A stretch of DNA of 64,000 nucleotides. Source: an uncultured Gammaproteobacteria bacterium. GTDB lineage: Bacteria > Pseudomonadota > Gammaproteobacteria > Arenicellales > Arenicellaceae. Below the pieces are notes generated by a model. That model was not told the origin of the DNA and did no database searches. It was given only the letters and a program-made list of their open reading frames with translations. The stretch is taken from contig CAYOXK010000005.1 in assembly GCA_964407915.1 (NCBI GenBank), positions 734-64,733 on the forward strand, given 5' to 3'. A program made the position numbers and the translations under genes. Positions 51,840 to 61,381 of this stretch are shown in pieces (the stretch's first letter is position 1; each line of letters starts with the position of its first letter).

Positions 51840-52937
51840 TTGGTACTCGGTTTTACCGCATCTGGTGCGCGATGCGTTCTACATGGTGCTGTAACAGAGT
51901 GCCAATACACTCTACCTTTTATTCAAGAACATAAAAAGATCAAGGTGGTTACTTTGCACAGATTATGTTGCGGCGCTCAGATTGTTTCTGATCGCGTGCG
52001 GCGGGGCAGGCTTATAGTTAGTCTAATTTTAGCTAATCTATTCGCCCTGCTGAGTCTCGCCTCACTGCCAACCCTAAGCGCTGAAGAAACCCGCACGAGT
52101 TTTGCATCACGCGTGGTTGCGGTGCCCGATTCGTTTGATGTGCAGGGGCATCGCGGTGCGCGAGCGCGTTTTCCTGAGAACACGCTGCCGGCCTTTTTGT
52201 ATGCGTTGGAAATTGGGGTAGATACTTTAGAGTTAGACTTGGGCGTAAGCCAAGACGGTCACGTGGTTATTCTGCACGATCAAGTGGTTAATTCCGATAT
52301 TTGCCAAAGTACGGTGCTGAGCGAGGCTCAAGCACAGCAGTGGGTGCATCAGCTTACCCTATCGCAGATCAAGTCATTTGACTGTGGCCGCCAACGTAAT
52401 GCCAGCTTTCCTAATCAACAAGCCGTACCTAACACGCCAATACCGACCTTAGCGGAGTTGTTCCAAGCGATTGCGGAGTCGAACCACCCCAATGCCCAAA
52501 CGGTGTTATTTAATATCGAAACCAAGAGCAATCCTGCCAACCCATTAGCTCAACCGCAACCCGCTGACTTTGTGGCGCGCGTGCTAGAAGTCGTTCGGCA
52601 CTTTGGCGTAGTCGAACGCGTAACTCTGCAATCGTTCGATCACCGTACTTTAGTTGCCGCTTACCAGCAGGCTCCTTCTATTAAGCGCGCCGCGTTGTTT
52701 CGCGATGCCCCCGCCGACTGGATTGCGGCGGCTAACGCTGCGCAGGCCGACATTATCTCGCCGCGCGGCAATCTAATAACCGCGGACAGCGTCGCGGCGA
52801 TGCAAGCAGCGGGTTTTAAGGTGATACCGTGGACGGCCAATACCGTTGAACAGTGGCTGGGTCTAATCAATATGGGCGTGGACGGCATTATTACCGACGA
52901 CCCCGAACCCTTGTTGGAATTGCTCGGGCGCCGTTAA
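51840..52937 (+). CDS. Glycerophosphodiester phosphodiesterase (true start probably further downstream)
   Basis: QGHRGAR...PENT, ELDL, HD, NIETK, QSFD, WTAN, GVDGIITD.P. Confidence 0.9.
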   Translation: MVLGFTASGARCVLHGAVTECQYTLPFIQEHKKIKVVTLHRLCCGAQIVSDRVRRGRLIVSLILANLFALLSLASLPTLSAEETRTSFASRVVAVPDSFDVQGHRGARARFPENTLPAFLYALEIGVDTLELDLGVSQDGHVVILHDQVVNSDICQSTVLSEAQAQQWVHQLTLSQIKSFDCGRQRNASFPNQQAVPNTPIPTLAELFQAIAESNHPNAQTVLFNIETKSNPANPLAQPQPADFVARVLEVVRHFGVVERVTLQSFDHRTLVAAYQQAPSIKRAALFRDAPADWIAAANAAQADIISPRGNLITADSVAAMQAAGFKVIPWTANTVEQWLGLINMGVDGIITDDPEPLLELLGRR

Positions 52938-52978
52938 AAGCGAATGTTATCAAGCGTTAAGGGCTACCCTCACCTGCC

Positions 52979-53926
52979 CTAGCCGCCAATTGCCTCGCTA
53001 AACCATGTTTGAATATCCGCGGCCACATCAGTAGGAATCTCTTCCATTGGCAAATGTCCTGCCTGTGGGTATGTGATTAATTGCGCTCCGGCGATGCGTT
53101 CAGCAAACGCGCGGCCGTGCGATACCGGAATAATATTGTCTTGCTCTCCCCACAAAATCAGCGTGGGCTGGGTGATGGTGTTAATGGTGTGCCAGAGTTG
53201 TGCTTCGCGCGGTTGTGTCATGGCCGCGGCCATGGCTTGTCGATTACCCGGATAGCGCACCATTTCCCAATATCGGTCGATCATCGGTTCGGTCATAGTG
53301 TTGGCATCGGCCACCGATTGGCGTAACGATTGCGCGACTAAAAAGCGCGGAGTAATTACCGGCAGAATTTTTTGCCCAATCCAAGTGCTCGCAATGCGTG
53401 CACCGATATAAGGTTTAATGGCTTCGCCCGTTTGCGCACCGGCGGGATCAATCAACACCAATCCACTTACGCGTTCAGGTGCCAGTAAGGCCGCGCGCCA
53501 CGCTACGCCGCCGCCCATCGAGTTTCCTACCCAGATCGCTTTTTCAATCCCCAATTCGTCTAGCACTTCTAGGCCCGCTTGCACGCGAGATTGTGCGCTG
53601 TAATCGTGCTGTGCGTGTGGTCCGCTTAAGCCGTGCCCCTGTTGGTCAAAGCTCACTAATCTAAATTGCGCCGCCAAGGCCTCTCCCATCGGCTCCCATG
53701 TTTGCAACGACGAATTGGCTCCATGCAGTAACAGCAATACTGTACCGTTTGGATTGCCATCGTCGCGGTAGCGTAAGCCCGAAGCTTGTGTGCGCAGCAA
53801 CGGCGTGCGCCCGTACTTGGCTTCCATGGCAGCGGTGTCGGTATCGGCTGCGTAGCCAATAACGAAGACCAAGGCGACCAGCGCCACGAGTAAACCCAAC
53901 AAAGTTAAAACAATCTTTTTAATCAT
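52979..53926 (-). CDS. Alpha/beta hydrolase with N-terminal membrane anchor
   Basis: LLHG, D..GHG.S, GNSMGG nucleophile elbow, WGEQD, AGH. Confidence 0.9.
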   Translation of the reverse strand: MIKKIVLTLLGLLVALVALVFVIGYAADTDTAAMEAKYGRTPLLRTQASGLRYRDDGNPNGTVLLLLHGANSSLQTWEPMGEALAAQFRLVSFDQQGHGLSGPHAQHDYSAQSRVQAGLEVLDELGIEKAIWVGNSMGGGVAWRAALLAPERVSGLVLIDPAGAQTGEAIKPYIGARIASTWIGQKILPVITPRFLVAQSLRQSVADANTMTEPMIDRYWEMVRYPGNRQAMAAAMTQPREAQLWHTINTITQPTLILWGEQDNIIPVSHGRAFAERIAGAQLITYPQAGHLPMEEIPTDVAADIQTWFSEAIGG

Positions 53927-55194
53927 CAGTGTAATACTCCTATTACGCTTGCGGTAAGGCAGGTTGCCAGTGTGCCGCTTACAATGCTCAACATACCGAG
54001 GCGGGCGATCTCGTCGCGGCGCTCTGGCGCGAGGGTCGACAAGCCCCCAATTAATATGCCTAAACTACCAAAATTAGCGAAGCCACATAAGGCGTAAGTC
54101 AAGATAAGCTCGCTGCGCGGCGACAGTGTTTCGGTGGGTAATTGCGATAACTGAATAAACGCGATTAACTCATTGAGTACCGTCTTTACCCCCATCAACG
54201 ATCCCGCGCTCGTTGCTTCGCTCCACGGAATACCCATCAGCCAACAGAGCGGCGCCATAATCCAGCCCAATAGGCGCTCTAGTGTAAGCGCCGCACCGCC
54301 CACTTCAGGCAATAAACTTAAGATGTCGTTAGTAAGCGTGGTGAGCGCAATAAAACAGATCAGCAGTGCCACAATCGCCAACATCATTTGCATGGCGCTA
54401 ATACCGCCTTGCGCTATCGCATCCATCGGCCCGTGATAGTCGCTATAGACTTCGGCCTCGGCCGGCGTGGGGCCACTGGTTTGTGGGATGAGGGTTAAGG
54501 CAATAAGAATACTGGCGGGAATGCTTAAAATAGAGGCACTCAAAATATGCCCCACCGCATTGGGAATCACCTGCCCTAAAAAGGTGGCGTACAGCACGAG
54601 TACGGTGCCAGCGACCGTGGCCATGCCTAGGGTCATCACCATAAATAATTCTGAAGTGGTGAGTTTGGCAACACTGCGCCGAATAAACAGCGGGGCTTCA
54701 GTCATGCCCACAAATACATTGGCCGCCCCCGACAAAGCAACCGCGCCGCCGATACCTAGACTGCGCGAAAACAATTTTGCGAGCTGCTCGATGATCCACG
54801 GCAGAATACGCCAATAAGACAGTAACGCGGTGAGCGCGCCAATGACCAAAATCAATGGCAACGCACGAAAGCCAATAATGTATAGCGCGCTGGTATCGCT
54901 CACCTCAAATGGCAAAGCCCCACCACCCAAATAACCAAACACAAACGAAGTGCCGGCTTGCGACGCCCGCTCAATGGCCAACACGCCATCGTTCATTGCG
55001 GTAAACACGTTTTGGAACCACGGCAGGTGTAAAAACAAGACGGCGAGCAGCAGTTGCAAGCCAATCGCGCTAAACCACAGTTTAATATTGGGGCGTTGGC
55101 GGTGCTTAGAAATGGCCCAAGCGATGAGCGGAAACGCCACAAGGCCTAGTGCACTTTGAAGTTGGCCTAAGTGCAATTCATTCAGAAAGGTCAT
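53926..55194 (-). CDS. NupC/NupG family (CNT) nucleoside transporter
   Basis: ANVFVGMTEAP, GMATVAG, K..LNELIAF, YALCGFANFGS. Confidence 0.93.
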   Translation of the reverse strand: MTFLNELHLGQLQSALGLVAFPLIAWAISKHRQRPNIKLWFSAIGLQLLLAVLFLHLPWFQNVFTAMNDGVLAIERASQAGTSFVFGYLGGGALPFEVSDTSALYIIGFRALPLILVIGALTALLSYWRILPWIIEQLAKLFSRSLGIGGAVALSGAANVFVGMTEAPLFIRRSVAKLTTSELFMVMTLGMATVAGTVLVLYATFLGQVIPNAVGHILSASILSIPASILIALTLIPQTSGPTPAEAEVYSDYHGPMDAIAQGGISAMQMMLAIVALLICFIALTTLTNDILSLLPEVGGAALTLERLLGWIMAPLCWLMGIPWSEATSAGSLMGVKTVLNELIAFIQLSQLPTETLSPRSELILTYALCGFANFGSLGILIGGLSTLAPERRDEIARLGMLSIVSGTLATCLTASVIGVLH

Positions 55195-55470
55195 ATGGCA
55201 TGAGCGTTACGATGAGTGACTTGCTTTCATACCATTAGGTGGGCTCAAGGTAAAGCCTAGATATGGTAGCTTAGTGAGAGATCTGTGTTGCTCAACTCTT
55301 GTGTGGCAGCGAACCAGATAAAGGGCTTTAAGCTATTACACTGGCGAGCTCGTTGCTGCCGTATACAGAGGGTGATTGTGAACGCGAGATTCAGCCCGTC
55401 TGACGTAGGAATAGAGGTGAGTTATGCACTCGAAACTGGCTAATCGGATATCCGTAGCTTTACCTAAAAA

Positions 55471-55509
55471 TGTAAAACATGCTTTACTTAATGTAAAGTA
55501 TGTTTTACA
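55471..55509. promoter_or_regulatory. Tandem palindromic operators TGTAAA-N6-TTTAC(A/T)
   Basis: TGTAAAACATGCTTTACT (55471-55488) and TGTAAAGTATGTTTTACA (55492-55509), upstream of an XRE-regulator operon. Confidence 0.7.
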
Positions 55510-55543
55510 TTGCGGTTCTCAACAACAAAACGGAGCTAAAACT

Positions 55544-55990
55544 ATGTTGAACCTATCTTTTCATGAAAAGAGTACGTGGGGTACGCTGCTCGCCACCGGG
55601 TTGATCGGAATTATGTATTTTCGTTCGGCTTGGAGTATGTGGCAGGCTGGGCAGTTGCATCCCGCCTCCAACTTAGGCCTAGCGGCGGGATTGACGGCTT
55701 TACTGGTGGCGGTGCTAGTGGCTTATCATGCGCTGGTTGCCATTATCGCGAAACCGGAGGAGGAAGACGAGCGTGATCAGTTGATTGGTCGGCGTGCAAG
55801 GAGTGTTGGCGGAATGATCCTAGGCCTTGGCGTCATCGGTGTTGTCTTTCAGATACTGATTGGCGGCATGTTTGGCGACCCCGTGGCTGGTTCACCCATT
55901 CTGATCGCGAATGCGTTGATGGCCATAGTATTCATAGCCACTATCGTCGAACTGTCGCTAACTTTGTATTTTTACCGCAGAGGTGTGTGA
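55544..55990 (+). CDS. Four-TM membrane protein (DUF2178-like)
   Basis: EDERDQLIGRRA motif between transmembrane pairs; start placed at ATG 55544 after ggag. Confidence 0.7.
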   Translation: MLNLSFHEKSTWGTLLATGLIGIMYFRSAWSMWQAGQLHPASNLGLAAGLTALLVAVLVAYHALVAIIAKPEEEDERDQLIGRRARSVGGMILGLGVIGVVFQILIGGMFGDPVAGSPILIANALMAIVFIATIVELSLTLYFYRRGV

Positions 55991-56199
55991 TGGGCAGCGC
56001 TAAGGTCGAGAATCGTGTGCGTGAACTGCGCGCGACCGGACCGGGCATGACTCAGCAGGCACTGGCCGAGGCGGTCGGCGTCTCGCGTCAGACCATCATT
56101 GCTATCGAACAAGGCCGCTATTCACCATCATTGGAAGTGGCGCTTAAAATTGCTGCAGCGTTTGGCGAGCCCGTCGAGCACGTGTTTTGGTTAGATTGA
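55990..56199 (+). CDS. XRE family HTH transcriptional regulator
   Basis: NRVRELR, MTQQALAEAVGVSRQTIIAIEQGRYSPSLEVALKIA. Confidence 0.93.
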   Translation: MGSAKVENRVRELRATGPGMTQQALAEAVGVSRQTIIAIEQGRYSPSLEVALKIAAAFGEPVEHVFWLD

Positions 56200-56360
56200 C
56201 GCTAAGACTTAAGGGGGTGCTAACCACCCACTAAAAGTTGGCCCTTGTCTTGCGCTTTTAATCTTAAGCTGCAGTTAGCGCAGACACTATTTTACTTGTA
56301 GATTTAAGGGCAGAGCGCTTGTCTGACAATCTTGATTTCAGCCCTCGGTTTTTTAACCGT

Positions 56361-56531
56361 TTGACAAACAAACAGTAAATTAAAATAATGATCGGCCGCG
56401 CATCGCTTGATGCCGGTTTTTGCACAAGGATTGTGCGTAGTTAGACCCAGTATTCGCGCCCGCGGAGTTGGGTTTATTAAGACACGGCTCAACAATGAGT
56501 GTTGAGCTGCTAAACGAAAAGGAGTTTCGCT
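56361..56531 (+). promoter_or_regulatory. Promoter and structured leader of the pilus operon
   Basis: TTGACA (56361)-17 bp-AATAAT. Hairpins gcacaAGGAttgtgc (56422-56436), gctcaaca/tgttgagc (56487-56507) and cgaaa-AGGAG-tttcg (56515-56529), the last holding the SD. Confidence 0.6.
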
Positions 56532-56861
56532 ATGTTGCAGACTAATTCTGAATTATTTCCTATCTATTTAACTGGTGCGCTCACGCAGCGCCAGCGTGAT
56601 CTATTGCGCTTAGAAGATTTCGAGCCCTTGAGTGCAGAAGAGCGCGATGAGCAAAAAGCCGAGGTCTATTACTGCTATCTAGAAACGCATGATCTACTGC
56701 ACGAGCTTTTGCCGGGTAAGAAAATAACGGATAACAAAGTGTTCGACTACATGCTGAATAATCAGATGGTGACGGGCGAGATCGCGCAATACAGCAAGGT
56801 GATGCTGTACGCCATTGTTAAAGAATATAGCCAGCAAGATCGGTTCTCTTTGCTTAAGTGA
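56532..56861 (+). CDS. Hypothetical cytoplasmic protein, first gene of the pilus operon
   Basis: Strong SD AAGGAG; 109 aa; no motif recognised. Confidence 0.7.
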   Translation: MLQTNSELFPIYLTGALTQRQRDLLRLEDFEPLSAEERDEQKAEVYYCYLETHDLLHELLPGKKITDNKVFDYMLNNQMVTGEIAQYSKVMLYAIVKEYSQQDRFSLLK

Positions 56862-56906
56862 CCATTATGTACTTGCCACACAACCGTACTTTTAAGCCTT
56901 GAAAAG

Positions 56907-57797
56907 TTGCGCGACACGGTGGTAAAAAGAAGTTCTTACAACTTCGGGGGGAGTATTGTGGGGTATATCGACGGTGTGCGCGCGGTTCTCGCGTGCAGCA
57001 TTTTTGGCACAACTACAAGCGGTGCCGGTCGCAGTCATCACGGTGTTATCCGTCGCACTGTGATCGTCGCGGTGTGCGCGTGGCCTCTTTTGAGTACGGC
57101 AGACTTCAGGTTTGAACCGGCGTCGGGCACACAAGCGTTCGACAAAATTCCCGATTCTGCACCCAGCACACAAGTCGAGACTCTCGCCGAAGCGAGGCGC
57201 GATCGAAAGCCCGCCGTTCCAAATGCTAGCCAATCTGGGTGGCGAATTGGCCACAGTGCAAAGGTGGTAAGCCAGAGGGCCGCTCGAGTTAATCATGTGA
57301 ATCAGGAATCTCACATGACCGATTTGATAAGCGCCTCGAAGGTGGACGCTCCCGCTTTGTTTTCGCAGGCAGCACTCAGCGCGCCCACAACAACTCGAGT
57401 GAAACCTGAAACGGTGGTTGCCACTTCGCAATCAGTGCGCGCGAGCGCTTCTAATGCACCCTTGGGAACGCCCTTGTCTTTCAATTCTTCGCCATCGCAT
57501 TCTTCCAGTTGCGCAAATTTTGAATTCACGCAAGGTTTGCTCAAGGCCAACCTGATTAGAGCGTTGGCGCAATGCGGTCTGACCATTGGTCGCTGGGGAA
57601 TTGGCGACGAAGAATACGAATATGACATGGAGATTGCTAAAGGCTATTCCCTCAGAGTGGCTGGTATTGCCGCTTTGCTCGACGCCATTGAAGCGACTTA
57701 TTTGATTCGGGGTACTCGTAACAGCTTAGATCAAACCATCGATTTTGAGCCGAGTCGCGGCGCAATTCTGGAAGGAATGGAGATCAAGGAATGGTAA
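56907..57797 (+). CDS. Putative TcpQ/PilL-like pilus accessory protein (start uncertain)
   Basis: Ser/Ala/Thr-rich N-terminal part, small C-terminal alpha/beta domain (GLLKANLIRAL...W...Y...IAALLDAI...Y); directly upstream of the secretin. Confidence 0.45.
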   Translation: MRDTVVKRSSYNFGGSIVGYIDGVRAVLACSIFGTTTSGAGRSHHGVIRRTVIVAVCAWPLLSTADFRFEPASGTQAFDKIPDSAPSTQVETLAEARRDRKPAVPNASQSGWRIGHSAKVVSQRAARVNHVNQESHMTDLISASKVDAPALFSQAALSAPTTTRVKPETVVATSQSVRASASNAPLGTPLSFNSSPSHSSSCANFEFTQGLLKANLIRALAQCGLTIGRWGIGDEEYEYDMEIAKGYSLRVAGIAALLDAIEATYLIRGTRNSLDQTIDFEPSRGAILEGMEIKEW

Positions 57798-59368
57798 ACC
57801 TATCTGCACACCGATGGTTCCTGCTCGCCTTAGTTCTATTGGGTGCTACAGCCTGTGAGTCGGCTGCTCGCAAAGACGCAATCGGCATCTCTGCCCGGGT
57901 GGACGACGATATTCGTAAAACACAAAACGCGCGTGAAACAGAGGATCGCTATTTACATGCCCAACAGGAGCGAGCATCGCGGCCTACGCGAGTGGTGCGA
58001 ATTCCGCGTTCGGCACAATGGTTGCGCGATGAAGTTACTGCGCGTTACGACGACGCGCCCGTCGCGTTAGCGATTGCAACGGTATTAGACGGTCGGCCGT
58101 TTCGAATGGATTTGCTCGCGCACAACGCGGCCGAACATCCTAGCTCTGGCGACACGCATATTACCTTGCCGACGGGTGATATCGTGCCCCTTTCCAAAAC
58201 GAGTAGCCGCAACAAAGCAGATGCCGTCTTGGTGAGCAATCCACCTGAAGCGACAACGATTAAACAACATCTCGATGCGATTGCCAGCCAGGCGGGATGG
58301 TCCTATTCAGTGTCGAATGGGGTGGTGGTTTTTTCAGATCTATTGGTACAAACATTCCCCATAAAGTCGAATACCCATGGCGCTAAGCAAATGTTTCGGT
58401 TTAGCAATGCATCGGCCAGCGTTGATACAGGCCAACAGCCAATCGATCTCTTTCAAGAATTACGCACTTCGCTGGCGAGTATGGTGATGTCACCAAATAC
58501 CTTCACCATCAACCCATCCGCCAACTCAGTGACCGTGAAAGCGAGTCATGCCGTGCTACGGCAAGTAAAGCAATATGTAGATCAACTCAATTACGCAGCG
58601 GGGCGGCGCGTGGCGATTCGTATGGACATCTACGACATAAACTTAAGTGCTCTGGGCCAACGCTCGTTCGACTTCGATATTAAGAACTTACTTGCCGATG
58701 CAGAGAGACTAAAAGGATTTATTACCGACTTTGCGATTGTTGGCAGCGGGCAAGTAAACACACAAAGTGCGCCTACCTCGTTGAACCTGCGTGTGGAAAA
58801 CGCGGATAGCACTTTGAATGGAGCTACGGCTTTACTCAAAGTATTGCGCGGTAAGGGCGCCGTTACCAAACGTACCGCTAAAGAATTTATTGTCAGTAAT
58901 AACGAACAGGTAAACGAAATTCGCACGCGCATTACGCCATACGTTTCGGGCGTGACCGTAGATCAGATCACCACGGGCATCACGCAATCAAATACACCGA
59001 CTATCGAAACCAAAGAAGCCAATACCGGTACGGCAATCCAACTGTATCCCACCATTTCGGGAGACCGCGTGTATATCCAGATGACGATTGAAGATTCGAG
59101 CTTGGTGCGTTTTGATGATTTTGAATTTGGTGGAGATGAGGGTGTTGGGCTTGTGTCGGGCAAATTACCGGTTACTGAAGTCGCGCAGAGTCAATATGAG
59201 TTCGCGATGATCGATGGTGAAACGATCGCCGTGGCCGGCTCAATTACATCGTCGCGAGCCCACGAGGTAGTGAACGGCAGCCTCATTCCTATTCTTGGAG
59301 ACAGTGTCGATAAGAACGAGACCCGCACACAATCATTAATATTTGTTACGTCCAATATCTTGGACTAA
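57791..59368 (+). CDS. Lipoprotein secretin, PilN/BfpB/TcpC-like
   Basis: Lipobox GATA-C; LDAIASQAGWSY; N3-like INPSANSVTV...LRQVKQYVDQLN; RVAIRMDIY; DGETIAVAG; C-terminal LIFVT. Confidence 0.8.
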   Translation: MVNLSAHRWFLLALVLLGATACESAARKDAIGISARVDDDIRKTQNARETEDRYLHAQQERASRPTRVVRIPRSAQWLRDEVTARYDDAPVALAIATVLDGRPFRMDLLAHNAAEHPSSGDTHITLPTGDIVPLSKTSSRNKADAVLVSNPPEATTIKQHLDAIASQAGWSYSVSNGVVVFSDLLVQTFPIKSNTHGAKQMFRFSNASASVDTGQQPIDLFQELRTSLASMVMSPNTFTINPSANSVTVKASHAVLRQVKQYVDQLNYAAGRRVAIRMDIYDINLSALGQRSFDFDIKNLLADAERLKGFITDFAIVGSGQVNTQSAPTSLNLRVENADSTLNGATALLKVLRGKGAVTKRTAKEFIVSNNEQVNEIRTRITPYVSGVTVDQITTGITQSNTPTIETKEANTGTAIQLYPTISGDRVYIQMTIEDSSLVRFDDFEFGGDEGVGLVSGKLPVTEVAQSQYEFAMIDGETIAVAGSITSSRAHEVVNGSLIPILGDSVDKNETRTQSLIFVTSNILD

Positions 59369-59389
59369 TGGATTGAGGTAACCGCTACT

Positions 59390-60649
59390 ATGTTTGGCAA
59401 ACGCGACCATTACAGCTCTGAGCGAATATTGGATCCTGCAACGGGGGTACGCGTACCTGTGGTGCTTAATCCAAAGATGGAGATTGCCGACCCGCAACTG
59501 CCCGCACGCGATCGGGTGAATCAGTATGTTCGCTTTATTAAAGAGCAAGGTACGCGCTACTGCCTGTTTACGCCTACGGGTTTAAAAGTATCGCGGGCGT
59601 CTGGTGTTTCGTTATCGTCGCAAGTAGAGCAGCTGGCGGTTACTTATCAACTTGAAGACGAAAGCATTATTGCGCAGTTTGGCGAAACCTACTATTTGGC
59701 CAATTTGTCGTCAGGCTTTGTAGTGCGCGAGACCTTAGTGCCGATTGCTCAGTTCGATGCAAACGATTTAGGGCAAAACGAAGTGATCGCTTTGCGCGGC
59801 GTTAAAGGTTCCCAAGAGATGGGAATTCGTGTGATCGACGCAGCGTTACTGTTGTCGGGTCGGGGAGTCACTAAGTCTCATCTTTTTCAGACGGAGGTAA
59901 AAGCGTTCGCGGCAGCTGGATACCGACATCCAGTGCAAATACGCAAAGCCATTTTTCTTGTGAGCGCATGTGCAATTCTGTTCGCTACCGCTTATAGCTA
60001 CCGTGCTTATGAACTAGAACAGCAGCGCATTGAACAACAAAAGCGCGCTGCCGTTATTCCACCTAAGGTAGGTAAAGATAGTTCCGTAGAACAATTGCGT
60101 GCGTATGCACAGTGGTTGCATGACCATCTGCACTATTACTTGCGTAACGGTTTGCAGAATATTGAGATTAGCGCGTCTACCCTCACGCTCCGTGGGCGTG
60201 TTGAGCCCGCATCATTTATCAAATTTTATGAACATCATAAATCGCTTGGCGTGTTACCAAACTATGCCGTGGTGCTCTCGCCAGCGGGCGATGCGGGTGG
60301 TGATATCGCCAATAGCTCTACTTGGACATTGCAGCTAAATTTAGAACGTCCCATTCCTGGAGTTGCGCAGTTTGGTTTGGAGCTGTTTGAGAACTATGTA
60401 GTGACCATGTCAGCGGCTCTACCGCGTATTAATTTTGCGGGTTCAAGTGAAACGCCATCCGTGAATGCCTACGGCATTAAAGAGGGGCAATTCAATATCG
60501 TGGGTGAGTACACCTCACCAAAAAATCTATATAACCTAGCCAATGTGATGATCGGCATTCCTTCCTATACACAGGGTATGCAGCTCAATTTCGCAAATCA
60601 AAGTTCGGCGCAAATGACCATTCAAATGCGATTGGTTGGGAGGGGGTAA
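59390..60649 (+). CDS. Putative PilO-like pilus alignment protein
   Basis: Cytoplasmic N-terminal domain, one transmembrane segment (AIFLVSACAILFATAYSY), short coiled coil, periplasmic domain; position after the secretin. Confidence 0.45.
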   Translation: MFGKRDHYSSERILDPATGVRVPVVLNPKMEIADPQLPARDRVNQYVRFIKEQGTRYCLFTPTGLKVSRASGVSLSSQVEQLAVTYQLEDESIIAQFGETYYLANLSSGFVVRETLVPIAQFDANDLGQNEVIALRGVKGSQEMGIRVIDAALLLSGRGVTKSHLFQTEVKAFAAAGYRHPVQIRKAIFLVSACAILFATAYSYRAYELEQQRIEQQKRAAVIPPKVGKDSSVEQLRAYAQWLHDHLHYYLRNGLQNIEISASTLTLRGRVEPASFIKFYEHHKSLGVLPNYAVVLSPAGDAGGDIANSSTWTLQLNLERPIPGVAQFGLELFENYVVTMSAALPRINFAGSSETPSVNAYGIKEGQFNIVGEYTSPKNLYNLANVMIGIPSYTQGMQLNFANQSSAQMTIQMRLVGRG

Positions 60650-60651
60650 CC

Positions 60652-61380
60652 ATGCGAAGTCTATCGTTTAAAGGTTCGGTTTTCGTGATGTGTAGTTGCT
60701 TTATTGGGCAAGCGTGGGCGGTACAGTCGGACCCCGTTGCAGAGCGTAAAGCAAGAAACGCACAGCTTGAACGGGTATCGCCCGTCATGGCCCGTGAGCA
60801 AGCCTATACCCCTTCTAGCCAGGAAGCGGTCAGTGAGAATTTACGGCAGGTAAAAGCCATGCTCACTACTATAAACGCAACCTTGAGCGACTTGGCATTA
60901 CTCGGATCGCGAGCTGACCAAGCTAAGTTGTTGCTAAACGCAGATAAAAGCACGCAGCAAATTCTGGCGGACTTGTTGGCTGACGAAGCACAGCGAGTTG
61001 CAGCGTCCCCGATTCCTGTAAAAGCTGCGCACGCAGCGCCACCAGATGTGGGTAGTGAAGCATCATTCAATAATGCACCCATCCAAGCCATCGCGCCTGA
61101 ACCCCCAAAAGCGTTCGAACGGGTAACGCCCGTGGTAGTGCGCTCCTACGACCAAGAAATTAGCCATGGGGATGTGCGTCCGGCCAAAGTTATTTTGCGC
61201 GTAGGTAAGCGCGACCCCGAAGTTTTTTATGTGGGCGATACCGTGCAAGTAAACGATACACAATTTACGTTGGTCTCGGCGGTAGCGATGCGCACGAGTA
61301 ATAAACAACATGGACGACCTGTTTACGAGATTACCTTGCGCAGCCATTCAGGTGAGATCCAAATATTGGAGTGGGAGTAG
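60652..61380 (+). CDS. Putative PilP-like periplasmic protein
   Basis: Signal peptide (AWA-V), coiled coil, Pro/Ala linker, small C-terminal beta domain; position before the ATPase. Confidence 0.45.
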   Translation: MRSLSFKGSVFVMCSCFIGQAWAVQSDPVAERKARNAQLERVSPVMAREQAYTPSSQEAVSENLRQVKAMLTTINATLSDLALLGSRADQAKLLLNADKSTQQILADLLADEAQRVAASPIPVKAAHAAPPDVGSEASFNNAPIQAIAPEPPKAFERVTPVVVRSYDQEISHGDVRPAKVILRVGKRDPEVFYVGDTVQVNDTQFTLVSAVAMRTSNKQHGRPVYEITLRSHSGEIQILEWE

Positions 61381-61381
61381 C

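Noticed and set aside
56200-56360. Left border (att site or tRNA) of an ICE carrying the pilus genes
   Set aside because: No tRNA, integrase or direct repeat seen; the question needs downstream sequence.
56892-57431. 179-aa minus-strand ORF
   Set aside because: Antisense within the co-directional pilus operon; no motifs.
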